Source: Octopus sinensis
Lineage: Eukaryota
Reading direction: 5' to 3'
Assembly: GCF_006345805.1 (NCBI RefSeq)
Contig: NC_043020.1
Location: 17,174,001 to 17,238,000, forward strand
Length of the DNA: 64,000 nucleotides
Shown: one piece after another, positions 25,781 through 40,184 of the stretch
Layout of the letters: each line of letters opens with the position of its first letter
How positions within the stretch are numbered: the first letter of the stretch is position 1
The notes under the pieces: generated by a model
What the model saw: the letters and a program-made list of their open reading frames with translations, nothing else
The model's database searches: none
What the model was told of the DNA's origin: nothing
Position numbers and translations under genes: made by a program

Positions 25781-26891
25781 TTTGCAAGATTCTTGATGTG
25801 AAATCGTGTGTTGAAACAGATATTGTTGTATTTGGGGATGGTCATGTTGCCAGTTGAGCCAATAAAACACACGTACTATATATTTGGTGTTAATTTGATT
25901 CAGCTTTATTTTATATTTTACATTAATCGTATTTTGGCTAGAGTTCTTTTGTCACACTTCTGTGACCTCATCAGTGGTCCTTTGCTTTCTTCTTTCTCAT
26001 TTGTGTGTCTTTCCTTACTAACAATCAGCCATTTTGTATTTTGTATTCCTATTGTATGTGTCTTTATTTGCGCATGCATATACCCCTATGTGTGTCTATG
26101 TTTAGTAAGTGCGTGTGTGTGTGGGGGGGAATGCAGCATTATCTGTATCCCCTGTTTATACACGTCCGTTTAATTTGTTTTTATTTATTTTGTTCGTGTT
26201 TATAACCCACTTATTATTTTTCCTATTCTTTCTTTTTTTTTGTATTTAATTTAATTTAATTTTGTTAACGTATATAGTTATTGAATTCCATTTGTTTATC
26301 TGTGTATTGTATTCTATTTTGTTCATATTGTTATCAGTTTATAGGGATCTTATTCTGTCATATGTTGTAGTGTGTTAGTTGTGTGTGCTAGTGTTCCATT
26401 CTAGTTTCCTATTCAGGCTAGATTTATCTTCTATTATTTGTGTAGCTTCTGTAATTTGTCTAAGCATTGCGTCTGTTCTATGTGTGGACAAGATTTTAGT
26501 TTCTATGTTGTTGAGTGAGCCCCTGTGTTCCTGCTCGGCATGCTGGTACAGAACCAATCAGCTCTTCTCTTCCTGAAGTTCCCTCCAATGTTCATTTACC
26601 CGCTCTCCTATGCTCCATGCTGTTTCCCCTAGTATGTTGTTGTCTTGTTACTGCACCGTCCCTCTGTACATCATATACTATAGACTACATTTCTGGCTTC
26701 ACAGTTTGTTTGTGGGCTAAATCTACATACAGTACAGTTCCTATCAGTACAGGGAGTTCTACTAAAAGGGTAGGTTCTACTGATTCAGTAATGTAAAAAA
26801 ATTAAATAAAGCTGAAGCAAATTAACACCAAATATATAGTGTGTGTGTTTTGGCTAAACTGGCAACATGACCATCCCCAAATACAACAATA
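25781..26891 (-). mobile_element. Penelope-like element relic: GIY-YIG endonuclease C-terminus flanked by about 90 bp inverted repeats
   Basis: Minus strand ARNVVYSI*CTEGRC...Y(I)GETAWSIGERVNEH...VLYQHAEQEH...EATQI...LNRKLEW with a stop and a 1-nt deletion; IR arms 25820-25911 and 26804-26891. Confidence 0.85.
25936..25980 (-). ncRNA. Degenerate hammerhead ribozyme in the Penelope pLTR region
   Basis: GGACCA-CTGATGA-G-GTCAC(agaagt)GTGAC-AAAA-GAACTC-TAGCC; G12 appears mutated to A. Confidence 0.5.
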
Positions 26892-26946
26892 TATATGTAA
26901 TGTTTCATTTATATATAATGTCTTTATTTATATATATATATATGTA

Positions 26947-27072
26947 TAGGGTGATTCAAAAGTCACCATGCATAGGAAAAATTTAGTTATTTATAAGAAA
27001 CAGTTAAATAAAAAAAACTTTCTTATAAAAAAATAAATTGTTCTTATGTATGCCGACTTTTGGATCACCCTG
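26947..27072. mobile_element. Tc1/mariner-type MITE
   Basis: TIRs (T)AGGGTGATTCAAAAGTC / GACTTTTGGATCACCCTG in a TA context. Confidence 0.75.
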
Positions 27073-27139
27073 TATATACATAGCTTTATATATATATATA
27101 TATATATTTGTCTTTATATATATATATATATATATTTGT

Positions 27140-27170
<31 letters not shown>

Positions 27171-27479
27171 ATGTATTTATATGTATATATATATGTGTCT
27201 ATATATATTATATATATATATATCTATATATATATATATATATATATATAATGTATTTATATATATATATATAATGTATTTATATGTATATATATATATA
27301 TGTGTCTATATATATATATATATACACACACACACATATACATATATATCTTTATGTGTGTGTGTATATATATATATATACACTAGCTGTTGGACCTGGC
27401 AGTGCTCATGTTTTCTGTGTTGAAGTTAAGCCCACCTCTGACCTGTGTTGAAACCTTTTAAGTTCCCTGTGCCAACTAT

Positions 27480-27990
27480 TACTCATTAAGATGTTATATC
27501 TGGATTGGCAGGGATTTTACCTAGTTAACGATTTCAACATATTCCTACAAACTGGACCATCTGAAATTGCAGTCAAACTGTAGGGTGTACCTCAACCTGT
27601 TAAGAGTGATGTTTGTTTATTTCTCTCCCCTTAATGCCACCTTCTGTGCAAAATTGATCAGCATCTCCAGTCTCAGCAAACCTCGAAAAAAGTGTTCAGG
27701 TTATGTCATAAAATAGAATCCATGTGATCATTTACATGAAAATATCCCATTGACTATGCAAAAGCTGCTGGGAAAATAACATTGTTATGGAGATTTCTGT
27801 ACAAACGCTCGATTGAGGTCACAAAAATTGATGTCAACTGAGCATTATCGAGTTTTCGAAAAACTCCGGCCTTATTTGAACTTCCGGACATGTAATCTAC
27901 CTATGTGCCAAAAATCATTAAAATCGGTTGGACGGTGTGGAAGGAGTTAGAGTAACCCCAAACACACAGACACACATACATTATTACAAC
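27480..27990 (+). mobile_element. Possible non-autonomous Helitron/Helentron-like element
   Basis: Ends in CCAAAAATCATTAAAATCGGTTGGACGG...ACACACAGACACAC, which resembles DINE-1-like cores; from recall only. Confidence 0.35.
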
Positions 27991-28187
27991 TGAAAGGCCT
28001 TGATTTCCAGGACTCTCAGTTGCTTGTTTCCAGCTGATGATCACACATATTAAAGAATGCATTTATATTGAGTCCTGTAATTTATCGCAGAATTAATAGA
28101 GATTTACATATATGTTGTTAAGTTCACATATATATATCTGCTTGTTGGTACCTCACCTATCTTTGTCTTTTGTTTTCTGTACGTTTC

Positions 28188-28217
<30 letters not shown>

Positions 28218-28221
<4 letters not shown>

Positions 28222-28405
28222 TCATCATCATCATCATCATTTAGCGTCCGTTTTCCATGCTAGCATGGGTTGGACGGTTTAACTGGGGTCTGTGAAGCCG
28301 GAAGGCTTCATCAAGCCCAGTCAGATTTGGCAGTGTTTCTACGGCTGGATGCCCTTCCTAACGCCAACCACTCCGCGAGTGTAGTGGGTGTTTTTTACGT
28401 GCCAC
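28218..28405 (-). mobile_element. RTE 3' UTR fragment, (GAT)n tail
   Basis: Near-identical to 49178-49350. Other copies at about 28740-28855 (+), 36233-36283 (-), 38700-39010 (-), 47590-47770 (+), 58240-58500 (-) and 62090-62480 (-). Confidence 0.85.
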
Positions 28406-29310
28406 ATATATATATATATATATATGAATACACTCACACACATGTATGTGTATTTCTATTTGTGTGTCTATGTGTATGTACACTACCCTAGGCATATATG
28501 CACACACACATATGATTTCTATGTATATACACACATATGGTTACTTTAAGCTCATCAGAAAATACATATATATCTTATAGTCGTATGTATAGAGTACTTT
28601 TGTTCTTTCTTGTACACTGAAATCTCTCTCTCTTTCTCTGTATACACACACACACACACGTGTGCATGTATGTTTCTGTATGTATATATGTGTGTATGTT
28701 TATATATATATGTACATGTATATATACATATGGATATGTCATCATCATAATCACCATCGTTTAACGTCCATTTTCCATGCTGACATGGATTGGATTGTTT
28801 GACTGAGGTCTGGAGAGCCAGCAGCTGCAACAGACTCTAGTCTGATCTGCCAGTACATATATATATATATATATATATACACATACACACATGTTGATGG
28901 GATGGCTATCATCTGACAAGATGAAGCAATCATCATGCATACACACACACACACATATATATATATACATACATACATACATAAAAATATATATATATCA
29001 TATATATATATATATACACATAGATGTATATACATATGCATAAATATATATATACATACACAGACATATATACATATGTATATAAATATATATATATACA
29101 CACATACATATATACATATATATATAAATAAATATATATATATATGTATGTGTGTGTATGATAGATAGATATATATATATGAATAAATGAAAGAATGGAG
29201 CACAGGGTTTCTACCCTTGATATGTAGCTTCAACCGTGTTTTCTGACGTGAATTTGCTACCCAGGTATTGGTTAACCGAATTTTCCATACTAGGATAATT
29301 CATTCACCTA

Positions 29311-29353
<43 letters not shown>

Positions 29354-29869
29354 GGTTATCCCGTCTTCGCGAGTGATTGCTGTCTCCTTGTGCTTTTTCA
29401 AGGGTATTTCTGACCATGACCACTCAGTTGACTATTCAGTCTTGCTGCAGATCTGCATTGTTTGAAGCATAGTTGTAAACAGTTGTAAAAGATAAGTACC
29501 GCCCTCTGACTCAGTGATTAGTACCTAGTGACAGCCTGAAGTGAGGCAGATCTAATCTTGTGAAACCACACGTTTTACATCAAAGTGACCTCTTAGGAGG
29601 CTGCTGTGACAATAACCAGGGATCTCTCACGTTTATATATATATCTTTTGTCTTTTGAGTTTTGGCCATTAGACTGCAGCCATGCTGGGGTACCACCGTA
29701 AAGAGTTTTTGATCAACCAAATCAACCCAGTACTCTTTTTTTTTGTTGTAAAGCTTGGTACTTGTTCTTTCGCGGGGATGTATACACACCAACACCGGTT
29801 GTCGAGCACTTTCTGGGACAGGTCATCCCATAAGTTCTGTCTGAATTTTGAATAAAGAAAACAATTGAT

Positions 29870-30470
29870 CAAATGTAATATTTAATTGAAATTTAATCAT
29901 CAGTGTACTTTCCCTAATTATCTATGACTTCCTTCCATCTATTTACAAGCTTTTTAATCCCATCAGTGTAAAACTCTTTTGGTTTCAGAGTGAAGAACTC
30001 TGAAATGTTAGTTTGCCCCCCCTCCCCTCCTGGCTTGCGAAAGTTATGTCCCCCAAATGATTCTATAAACTATGAAACAAATGGTAGTCTGAAGGAGCAA
30101 GGTTGGGAGAATAAGGTGGATGAGGAATTTTTTCCCAACCAAGCTCTTCGATCTTCTATGACGTGATCTTTGCAGTGTGGGGTCGCGCATTGTCCTGATG
30201 TAACATCACTCCTTTTCGATTCACTAAAGCGGGTCTTTTTTTTCTTCAAAGCTTGGTTCAAGTGCTCTCATTGCTGACAGTAGATTTGAGCATTGATTGT
30301 TGCATTAGGTGGTCACAATTCAAAGTGAATTACTTCTTTGCAATCCCACTAGATAGAGAGAAGAACCTTTTTCCCATGAAGTTCCCTTCTTGGATGTGGT
30401 TCCCTTCTCAGTTGAAGACACCTACATCCACTCAATGGAGGTCTCTCAGGTCTTTCACGAGGATATTGAA
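29870..30470 (-). mobile_element. Degenerate mariner transposase fragment
   Basis: Minus strand WDCKEVIHFEL...GVMLHQDNARPHTAK...ELGWEKIPHPPYSPNLAPSDYHLFHSL...EFYTDGIKKLVNRWKEV with stops and frameshifts. Confidence 0.88.
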
Positions 30471-31332
30471 GTAGGCACTCTTACTCAAAGACACAAATGC
30501 ACATGTAGAGATATACCTATATATCTTTATACAGGTATTACTTGTATGTTAGTAGATGCAGTGCAGGCATAAGTATATGATTGAGAAGTTAGCTTTGCAG
30601 CTAGGTGCTTTCAGGGTTAGTCTCACTGTGCAGCACTTTGGCCAGCTGTTAGTGGATTTGCTAGATGGGAACGTAAAAGAGATTGTTGCATTTATTATTG
30701 TGTGTTTGTGTGTGTGATTCTGATTGCGTGTATGAAAGTGCAAGGAGCTGTGATGTCAGTCTCTCCTGTTAACAATTCATACTTTGTGCCTGTACAGCTA
30801 TGTGATTATACAACGAGGAAATGAACGAGCGATATGCACACGTGTGTGTGTGGATATATATATATGTATACAAAGAAATATATTACTTATATACACATGT
30901 GTATATGATATATTTACATACATGTAAGATACATATATGTTATGTATAGCATATATAAATATATATATACACACACATACAATATATATATATATATATG
31001 TATATATTATAGGAATATCATAGTTGTTGATGAATTGTACTGTTGATTTCTCATTTACGATTAATAGATATTTTTCATGCTCACAAATGTTTCTATGATT
31101 TGAATAAGAGTTCATTCAAAAAGCTACATTTATCAAAGCTATTTTTTGCAAATATCTTTTTCAATGTTGTTTAAGCATTTTTCAGCTGATGACTTTTTAA
31201 AATTTTTTTTCCTTCCCTTCCTTCCTTCTGTGTAATTTTTCCTATTCAAAGACAGTGACCAGAAAGTTGCATTGATATAGAAACTGTACTCATTTGTAAT
31301 TCATTATTTTATTGATACATACACGCACACAT

Positions 31333-31364
<32 letters not shown>

Positions 31365-34300
31365 TTATATTCATGTATATATGTATATGTATATTTATAT
31401 TTATGTATATGTATATATGTATGTATATATACGAATATATATGTGTGTGTGTATATATATTTATGTATGTATGTGTGTGTATATATTTATGTGTATGTAT
31501 ATGTGTTTATGTGTATATATATTTATATATGTACGTAAATATATATATATTTATGTGTATATGTATATGTGTATATATATGAGTGTGTATATGTGTGTGT
31601 GTATATATATATTTTATAAATATGCATATGTGTATATATATGTATATATATATATGTATATATAAATATTTAATGAAAATAATTTGGGTGGATGGGTGTT
31701 AAGGACAAAGGACAAACAAATATTCGATTTTAAATCTTCTTTCCTGAACAATTGGATTATTATTGTGTCGGTAAGAAGCCCTCCATACATAACATTACAA
31801 GAAGGTATCAGTTGTGTATAGTTATTGTTTTTTTTTTTTTGCATTATATATTTTTTGTGTTCAATATCCAATATGTAAGATTCTTGTTACTTAAAACCCA
31901 GGAGTCACTGAAATTAGCTAACTCTTGCAAAACATTTATCCTTTTAAAATTTGTAATTCGTAAATGCTCTATTGCTCTAAGTAACAAAAAAAAAAAAAAA
32001 ATTATTAATTCTTATTAATTCGATTGATTATTATTATTCTATGATTATTTCTGAAACTATCTTCTCTTTTGGATCTGATGGATTTAGAATTATTTATTTA
32101 TTTACAATTTTTTTTTTTAGTTTGCTTCAGTACATCTGTTTTAAAATTTCACAAATTTTTTTGTAAATTAAATCATTTTTTTTTTTACCCCATCTGTTTT
32201 CACTTGTGGAATGATGTGACATAGTATTTGGTGACTTCTTCCTCAATTGACTTATATTTTCATCGCAAAATTCAAAATTTCTTTGGCTGAAATGGATTCT
32301 TTGAAATCTGAAACATTTGTGAACCAGTGTGATTATAGGAATCCTTTTGGAATCCAAAATATTTTATTTACTATATAATTACTATTATTAATATTTTTTA
32401 TTATTAATATTATTAATATTATGATTAAATTATTATTATTATTATTATTATTATTTTGATAGTTCTAATTATATATGTATTATTGGCTTTTAACTTATTT
32501 TCCCTAAATTCAGTGTTTCCAATCTCTCTTTTTCTTCTCAAATGCAAGATACGGCCATGTTTTGTAAGACTGGCTATGATCTCTGAAGGATACAGTGCCA
32601 TTGCAGCATGCCAGGTGGTGAATTCTGAGGACCTCATTCATTGCACCAATTGATTTCTCACTTTCAGCATTCTTCATTTGAGTTTTTGGTTTTGTGATTT
32701 TGGTTCCCTCTTTTCTGTGTTGCATGTGTAAAAATGATACTTTCATTAGTATTCATCAGAACTGCTTTCCTCATGGACAGTCATAGTAGTACTACATGAA
32801 CTGGGAGTAAACTAGCTGTAGTTTCTCATCATTGTCTTTGTGGTTCCACTGGACAACTAAGAAACTACATTTTACATTAGAAGCTCTTGTGATGATGATT
32901 TCCATTAAATGAACTAGAATTAAAGTAAAAACCATTTTCATCATATTTCTATTCCATTTGCTGATCTTTTTAATCCTTTGTTTTCTTAAAGTTTAAAATA
33001 ATGACAAAATAGTGAAGAATTGCTTCCCTTGCTATAATATCCCCCAGACCAATTTGGAAACCTAAAGTATTTATTACACATTATCTTAGTTGGTTTGCTC
33101 ATCAAATGGTATCTAGATGTCACGTAAATGTCTATGGTTAGTTGTGATAAAACTGAATTATTTAACATAAAATAACATTCATAAAATAGTGAAATAAATT
33201 AGCGAAGTCAATTGCAATTTTTTTTTTTTTTTGATTTAAAAGGAAAAGAAAAAAATTAAACAATGTAGAAATGGGAGAGACTTGAGGTTGCTATGATGTT
33301 ATAAGTTCCATGAGAAATGGTTATTTTCCTTTTTGTTTTCCTGTTAGATCAGTTCTTGATTTCTTCAAAATAGCTTCAATTTTGGTATTTCTGTATCTTT
33401 TCTTTTTGTGCAATCCCAAGTAGCTTATTAAGGTGTGAGAAACAAATTTAATGCGAAAGAAATTTTTTTTCATCTTTAATTATCTGTCCCGTCTTTTCTC
33501 TTTTATATAAAATATTCCATCAGATTCCACTGGGAGGTTTTCTTAGCATTGAAGATATTCTATATATATAATTCTTTAAAGTTAACAGTCAGTTAATACA
33601 ACTCTGTAATAATAATCAGTCATTTTTTTTTTTTTTTTAGTTATTATGTATACCTGATACCTTTTTGTCAAAGTTAACCATTTCCAACAACATACATGCA
33701 AACACTGTAGAATCGTAAATATTTAGGCCATACATAAAAGTAATAATCATTCCTCCCATCTGGTATTTTCTTCAAATATTCATCTTTTAGATTTTCCTGG
33801 CCTTGGCATATTTCAAAGTTTTCTTTTCATTTGATTCTTACACTTCTCACTTTTTAAACTTATAACCAATAACGAGGATCATATTTTTTCTAAATAGCCT
33901 ATGCACACCTCTTAGAAATTCTAATCTGGACTCCATTGTTTTTCTTCTACACTTTTAGTTTCCTAAACATTTTCACTCTCACATCAATCATTCATATCTT
34001 TGCTATTCATTATTATATTTGCAGTACATGTCACATACAAAACACATACATACGCACAAACACACATACATCGATGCATCAACTAGTATTTTCAGCTACA
34101 TAACACGTCCTTCTAAAGTTGGAAATTTTTTATAGGTTAATTTTTCTTCTCTTTTATCTTATTTCATCTTAGTTGATAGAGCCACCGGTTCTCATGTTTA
34201 TCCATAATCCCTGTGACTGAGCCTTTTCTTAAGATGTTTTACTTTTAGTTCAGGACTATACACTATTAATGAGCAAAGTTTCCTTTAAGCACATCTGGAG

Positions 34301-36284
34301 AAAAGTAACTCGGTTATAGTAGTGTGGGAGGTAACAAGTTAGCTGGTTTCAGTTGTTATATAACTTAACCATATTAAATCTACTTCATTTTTCACAGTTT
34401 AGTATTTACTAGTAAAACAGTTTTAAAATCATAAATGGACAAAATCAGTCCAGTCTGGTCTGAGCATACTGGTTGAAACCAATGAAAGAGTATTAGTAGT
34501 TTCAGCTTGACTTAAGTCAATGTTGTGATCTTGTTTTAATTTGGGCAAACAAGATTTATAATTTGCCTTTATCAGATTCAGATAATTCTATAGAAAAAAA
34601 AAAATTAATTTGAAACTATTAAGGCTTTTCATTTCATATGCTCATTATTCTATTTTCTTATTATTTATCATATGACAGTTTTAGTTCAAAAATAATTTTC
34701 CTTCTACATGCTAGTAAAAATACTATTAAAGTTGTTGGTAGTGTGCAGGATAATATATCAATAATGATAGTAAGAAAAATTAGTCAGTTATGGAGTTTTC
34801 TGTTCTATGTTATTTATATACAGATGTAAAAAGTCTCTAAATATTTTTAAGGAGGTGAGATGGAATATTGCTTAAATCCTAAGAAAAAGTCAACATCTTT
34901 TTTATATCTGTGTATATATAAATTCCTCTTGACTGATTTTTCTTTCTGTCATATATATATATATATATGTATATATGTAAAAAATGGATTGCAGTCAGAA
35001 TTTCAAACAATGAGCTAAATTACCTGGCTCATATATATACTCATTTGATCTGATTCCATCACTGCTTAATTTATAGCTATGTGTGTATCTATAATTTTGA
35101 TATGCGTTTGTTAGTTCATTATACTACTATTTTCAAAAGTAAGGGTTAATTATCTGACTAATGTTGGGTTGGCATTTTTAGGCATAAGAATGTAATTCAT
35201 ATTCATAACTAGAAAATATTGTAATGTCTGGATGCTCTTTTGATAAATAGAATTTTCTGACTTGATATTTATCACAATAACATAAATAAATCACTAAAGC
35301 AAAGAAGAGAAGCATCATTGTAAGATATTGTTAATTCCTTTTGTACCTTAATGCATTTCTTATACATTTCAAACTTCTTAGAAGTTTGAAACTTATTTAC
35401 ATAAAAGATATACACACACTCACATATTGCTGGGTTAATAAAGATTATAAAAGATAGCAAATGGTATACATTTTTTTCAAAATTTTCCAAAATAAAATAA
35501 TATTAATAATGCTATTGATAATTATAATTTTGATGATAATGATAATAATGAGTATGATAATAATAATAATAAATGGTTACAATCAATTCTGAATTCTCCC
35601 ACTATTCATTGTAGGAAAACTGGGGTTGGGGAAAGAAAACCCTACCAAGTTTTATACTGCTGTCTTAATTGCACGCCTTTTATAAAGAAGGACTGATTAG
35701 CTAGGAGAATTTATTTATTTATATATTTATTTATTAAGCTCATTATTAAATAATGGCAGAAATATTCCGTCACTTCACATCCCCCCCGCCTCACAGAGAT
35801 CCCAAGTACATATCCAATCACAACACATCATTCCTATTGCAAATTAATAATTGTGGATCGGTAAACAAATTTTTTTTTTTCTACAAATTTATATCGGTCC
35901 CTTCCCCCCAAACTACAAAAAGGAAAAAAAAAAAAAAGCTGCCACACATGACAAAATAAATAAATAAATAAATAGATAATCTTACACAACAAATATTAGG
36001 CTTTTTTCTTCCTTTCTCTTCCTCTTTCTCTCTCACTCTCTCTCTCTTTCTTTCCCTTTTTCTCTCTCTCCCTCTTTCTCTATGTATGTTGTTGCTATTA
36101 TCCCTTTGTTTTGTTTGTCCATTTTAAACCAATGTTTTTGTGGCTTGATTTTAACAATGTAATGGTATGGTAGTTCTCAGTATATACATTGTATGTATAT
36201 GTGTGTATATGTATATATAATATATATATATATCATCATCATCATCGTTTAACATCCGCTTTCCATGCTAGCATGGGTTGGACT

Positions 36285-36532
36285 ATATATATGTATATAT
36301 ATATGAATATGTATATATATATGAATATATATATTTATATATATATGAATATGTATATATATATATGATATATATATTTATATATATATGATATGTATAT
36401 ATATTGAATATATATATTTATATATATATATGAATATATATATTTATATATATATATGAATATATATATTTATATATATCTATGAATATATATTTATATA
36501 TATATATGAATATATATATTTATATATATATA

Positions 36533-36565
<33 letters not shown>
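36285..36565. repeat. TA-derived minisatellite (about 26-28 nt unit TGAATATATATATTTATATATATA)
   Basis: About 9 punctuated units visible directly. Long (TA)n/(CA)n arrays also at about 19540-19760, 21250-21350, 22140-22620, 27085-27385, 28930-29180, 31320-31670 and 40640-40850. Confidence 0.85.
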
Positions 36566-36568
<3 letters not shown>

Positions 36569-39500
36569 AAATACACACATACACATACACACACACTCTT
36601 CATGGTTGATTTTTTTTTCTTCATTTTTTTGTTGTATTTTGAGGCATTTTGTTTGCTTCCAGCTTAATTAACATTAATCCTAATGGTAGAACATTTTGCT
36701 TTCTGTATGTATGTATGTTATGTAATGTGTGTTATGTATGTAATGTCTAAATGGTGGTCAGTAGTTTTGCCGTAATCAGTTGATTTGTTATTTATTTATA
36801 TATTTTTTTTTTGTATGTAATGATGGCTAGAATCATTATGTTAAACTTCTTTGACTATTTCTTGTTTAATTGGTTAATTTCAATGTTGTATGTTCCCTTC
36901 TTGGTTTGTGTATATCTATATATATATATATATATATATATATGATAAGTATAAGCATATTCAAATTAGGGTACCTTTCTGTCATCCAGTTATTCCATTT
37001 CATGATGTCTGTTTTCTGTTCTATGTGGTTGTTTAAAAGAAACTTGCTTACTCTGACCGTAGCTTCCAACATGATATCTTCAATATTGATTGATACCCCT
37101 CTGATTTAGCAATCTGTTAAATGTGGGTGCCAGCATTCTATGGAAGATATTCTTTGGCAGACATTCATGCTATCTTAATGCTCTGTTCTAATTTAGTAAC
37201 TGCAGACACTGTTTGTTGTGTGTTCCTGGTTTTGAAGATTGACATTCATGAGTTATTTCATCAAAAATTCTGTATACAATGCATAATTTAGAAATCACTA
37301 TTTTATATAAATATAAATATATATATTTTATTTATTAGGGAATAAAAATTCCGGCATCACAGGGATTCAAATAAAATAAATTATTCTCGATAAAGAAATA
37401 TATGTTATTTAGAGGTAGACGTCCCCATGCAATTCATCAAATCCTAATATACATCACACCATGTCATTATATTGGGGATGCAGTTAAGACATGTTTCTGT
37501 TAAAGACTGTGTGTCTAGGGAACGTTAAACGCACCTCATGAAACATGTGTAGAAGAGAAATTTAGAACTGATTAGTAAATATTGAAATAAAATTCTATGA
37601 TATGGTGTGATGTATATTAGGATTTGATGAATTGCATGGGGACTTCTACCTTTAAATAATACACACACACACACACACACACATATAAAGCTAATCCAAA
37701 CATGAAAGCACAAAAAAACACAACAACGCGAGGGCGTGGAACAAATATAGTATTATTGGACGCTCATGAAAGAAGGAGGGTTTAACACAGAGCTCTTCGT
37801 CGGAAACATAGGAGAAGGAAAGATCCAGTGAAGGGAAGACAGAGGAAAAAATATCGCCATATATATATATATATAAATAAAACAATGATTTCTAAGTTAT
37901 GCATTGTATGTGTGGTGTGTGTATGTGCCTTTATTCACACTATTTTTAACATCTTTCAGGAGTCTTAGATTTGTCAGTGAGCTTGTAGAATGATAGTGTT
38001 CTTGTCCAGATTAACAGTTGTACTTCGTGTTATACATATATAGAATTCTATGGAGGTAATTAGCCTAATCTCTAGGTGATATAGTTGTGGGAGAATAATT
38101 TAGATAGCAATGTCACAGCTCAACTTCTCAGTGGCTATATTCCTTGCTGGAAGCCTCTGTAATCTATTAGTTATGTTACACTCCATGTGAGCAGTACAGA
38201 TTTTCCATGTGGGAGTGTGATTTTACTTGCATGCTGGTATATTACATGGTCTTTTACTCATTATATGGTATTGGACATATACCACCACCACACCCCAAAA
38301 AATGCTGTTTGGCTTTAGGGTCCATTTTGCAGTTGAATAGATTTCAGCCATGTCACAACACCAGTTGGTCTTCAGTTGAGTCTTACAAAAGGTAGTGGTG
38401 GCTGAAGCTAGGATCGAGGTTTCATAGATATTTTCGCAGTAGTAATCTCACTGAGGATGCATGTCAGCACTTTCTATAAATGTTGAAAGTGTTTAGATTT
38501 GCTGTTTTCACATTAACCAAAGGAAGTAGTCTTGTACTTGGATCCGTACTAAGTTCCAATTTAGAACTAATGAAAAAAAAAAAATTTACTGTTGATGGTG
38601 TTGATGAGGTCAACAGCCAAAAGCAAAGTGACATTCAGTGTTGTTCCACAGTCACAAAACCTCGTGACTCACAGAGGCAGTATAAACATCCTGCCTTACA
38701 CTACATCATCATCATCATCATCGTTTAGCGTCCACTTTCCATGCTGGCATGCGTTGGACGGTTCAACTGGGGTCTGGGAAGCCAGAAGGCTGCACCAGGT
38801 CCAGTCTGATCTGGCAATGTTTCTACGGCTGGATGCCCTTCCTAACGCCAACCACTCCATGAGTGTAGTGGGTGCTTTTTACGTGCCAGACGAGGCTGGC
38901 AAACAGCCATGATCGGATGGTGCTTTTTACGTGCCACCGGCACAAGGCCAGTCGGGGTGGTGCTGGCAAACGGCCACGATCGGATGGAGCTTTTTACATG
39001 CCACCGGCACAAACATATATAATTGTAATTACTGGATGATCTTAACACATTGTGGTAAGTACCTGTTGTGTCTAGATTGCAAAAATGACAGACCAAATAT
39101 TCTTGTTTTGCTCTTTCAATACGTGTTTGCTTTTACTAGTATTTCCTTCATTCATTATTATCAGTTGATCTAAGGATCTATCAATAAATTCCTTACAATC
39201 TACTCTCTTTACTGCATCCTCTAGGAGGTGGTCATATCATTTTTCAGTATCTCCATTGGGAATATCTTAAGTGTGTAGATTGTTTTGATAAGATACAGTG
39301 GAGAGTGTGTTGTTGGTGTGTTTGGGCATGCTGTAGTGATGACTGCGTTTTGCTAGTGCCTCTGTATGGATCGTTGGGCAGGTAGTAGCAGGGATCAGAC
39401 GTGTTAGAATGGTCTACTTCCATCAACTCTATATGTATCATGTGTCCTAAGTGAATTTTTAGGTTTAGTATTTCTGTATTGGAGTGTAGATTCTTTCACT

Positions 39501-39593
39501 GACAACACCCAGAACTGTTGTGTGTGTAACTAGTATGCTTATATGCATGACTGCATGTGTGTATGTGTGAACAGACATATATACATATATATA

Positions 39594-39633
<40 letters not shown>

Positions 39634-40148
39634 ATGCATGCCTGCATGTGTGTCTGAATATGTGTGTGTTTCAACAAATGCATATATGCTTATGCTTATG
39701 TGTGTGTATGTGCGTGTGTGTGGCATGTATACATATGGGTTGCATATATGTATTTGAATGAATGTGAATCTCTAGCCACTGAGCAATCACAAACACCATT
39801 CACAGCTAACTCCATTCACTATTGAGGTGTAACAGTATGATTTCAGTGAGTGAAATAATATTGTTATATTGACAGCACAATGTGATGTGCATTGAAACAC
39901 TAACTGTGATTCTCAGTACATTCACTTAATGCCTTCTGATTATCACACCTGTTCCATTTGGTCCCTACATGTAGTAAAGACCTAAACAGTCTACTTAATC
40001 ATACGTGCAATATTAATGGTAATGATACAATCCAAATCCATTCCCACGTTGAGGAAGTTCATAAGTATACGTACATTCTAAGGATGTGCATGTGTGTCTG
40101 TACATTTGTGTGTGTGTGTGTGTATGTGTATATGTGTGTATATATGTC

Positions 40149-40184
<36 letters not shown>

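Noticed and set aside
31900-32018. cccag|GAGTCACTG... open frame as an alternative DOT1L exon
   Set aside because: Weak pyrimidine tract, runs into a poly(A) tract, no similarity to DOT1L.
32510-32746. 78 aa minus-strand ORF as a nested gene
   Set aside because: No recognisable domain, splice context or homology.
37775-37812. Hammerhead-like remnant on the minus strand (GTTT-CCGACGA-AGAGC...TTAAAC)
   Set aside because: The GAAA and half of stem II are missing, so it cannot be supported as a ribozyme from this copy.
39240-39480. YSMPKH..TLSTVS, loosely like Penelope RT YGLPKIHK..PLRPIVS
   Set aside because: Similarity is too weak to call without an alignment search.
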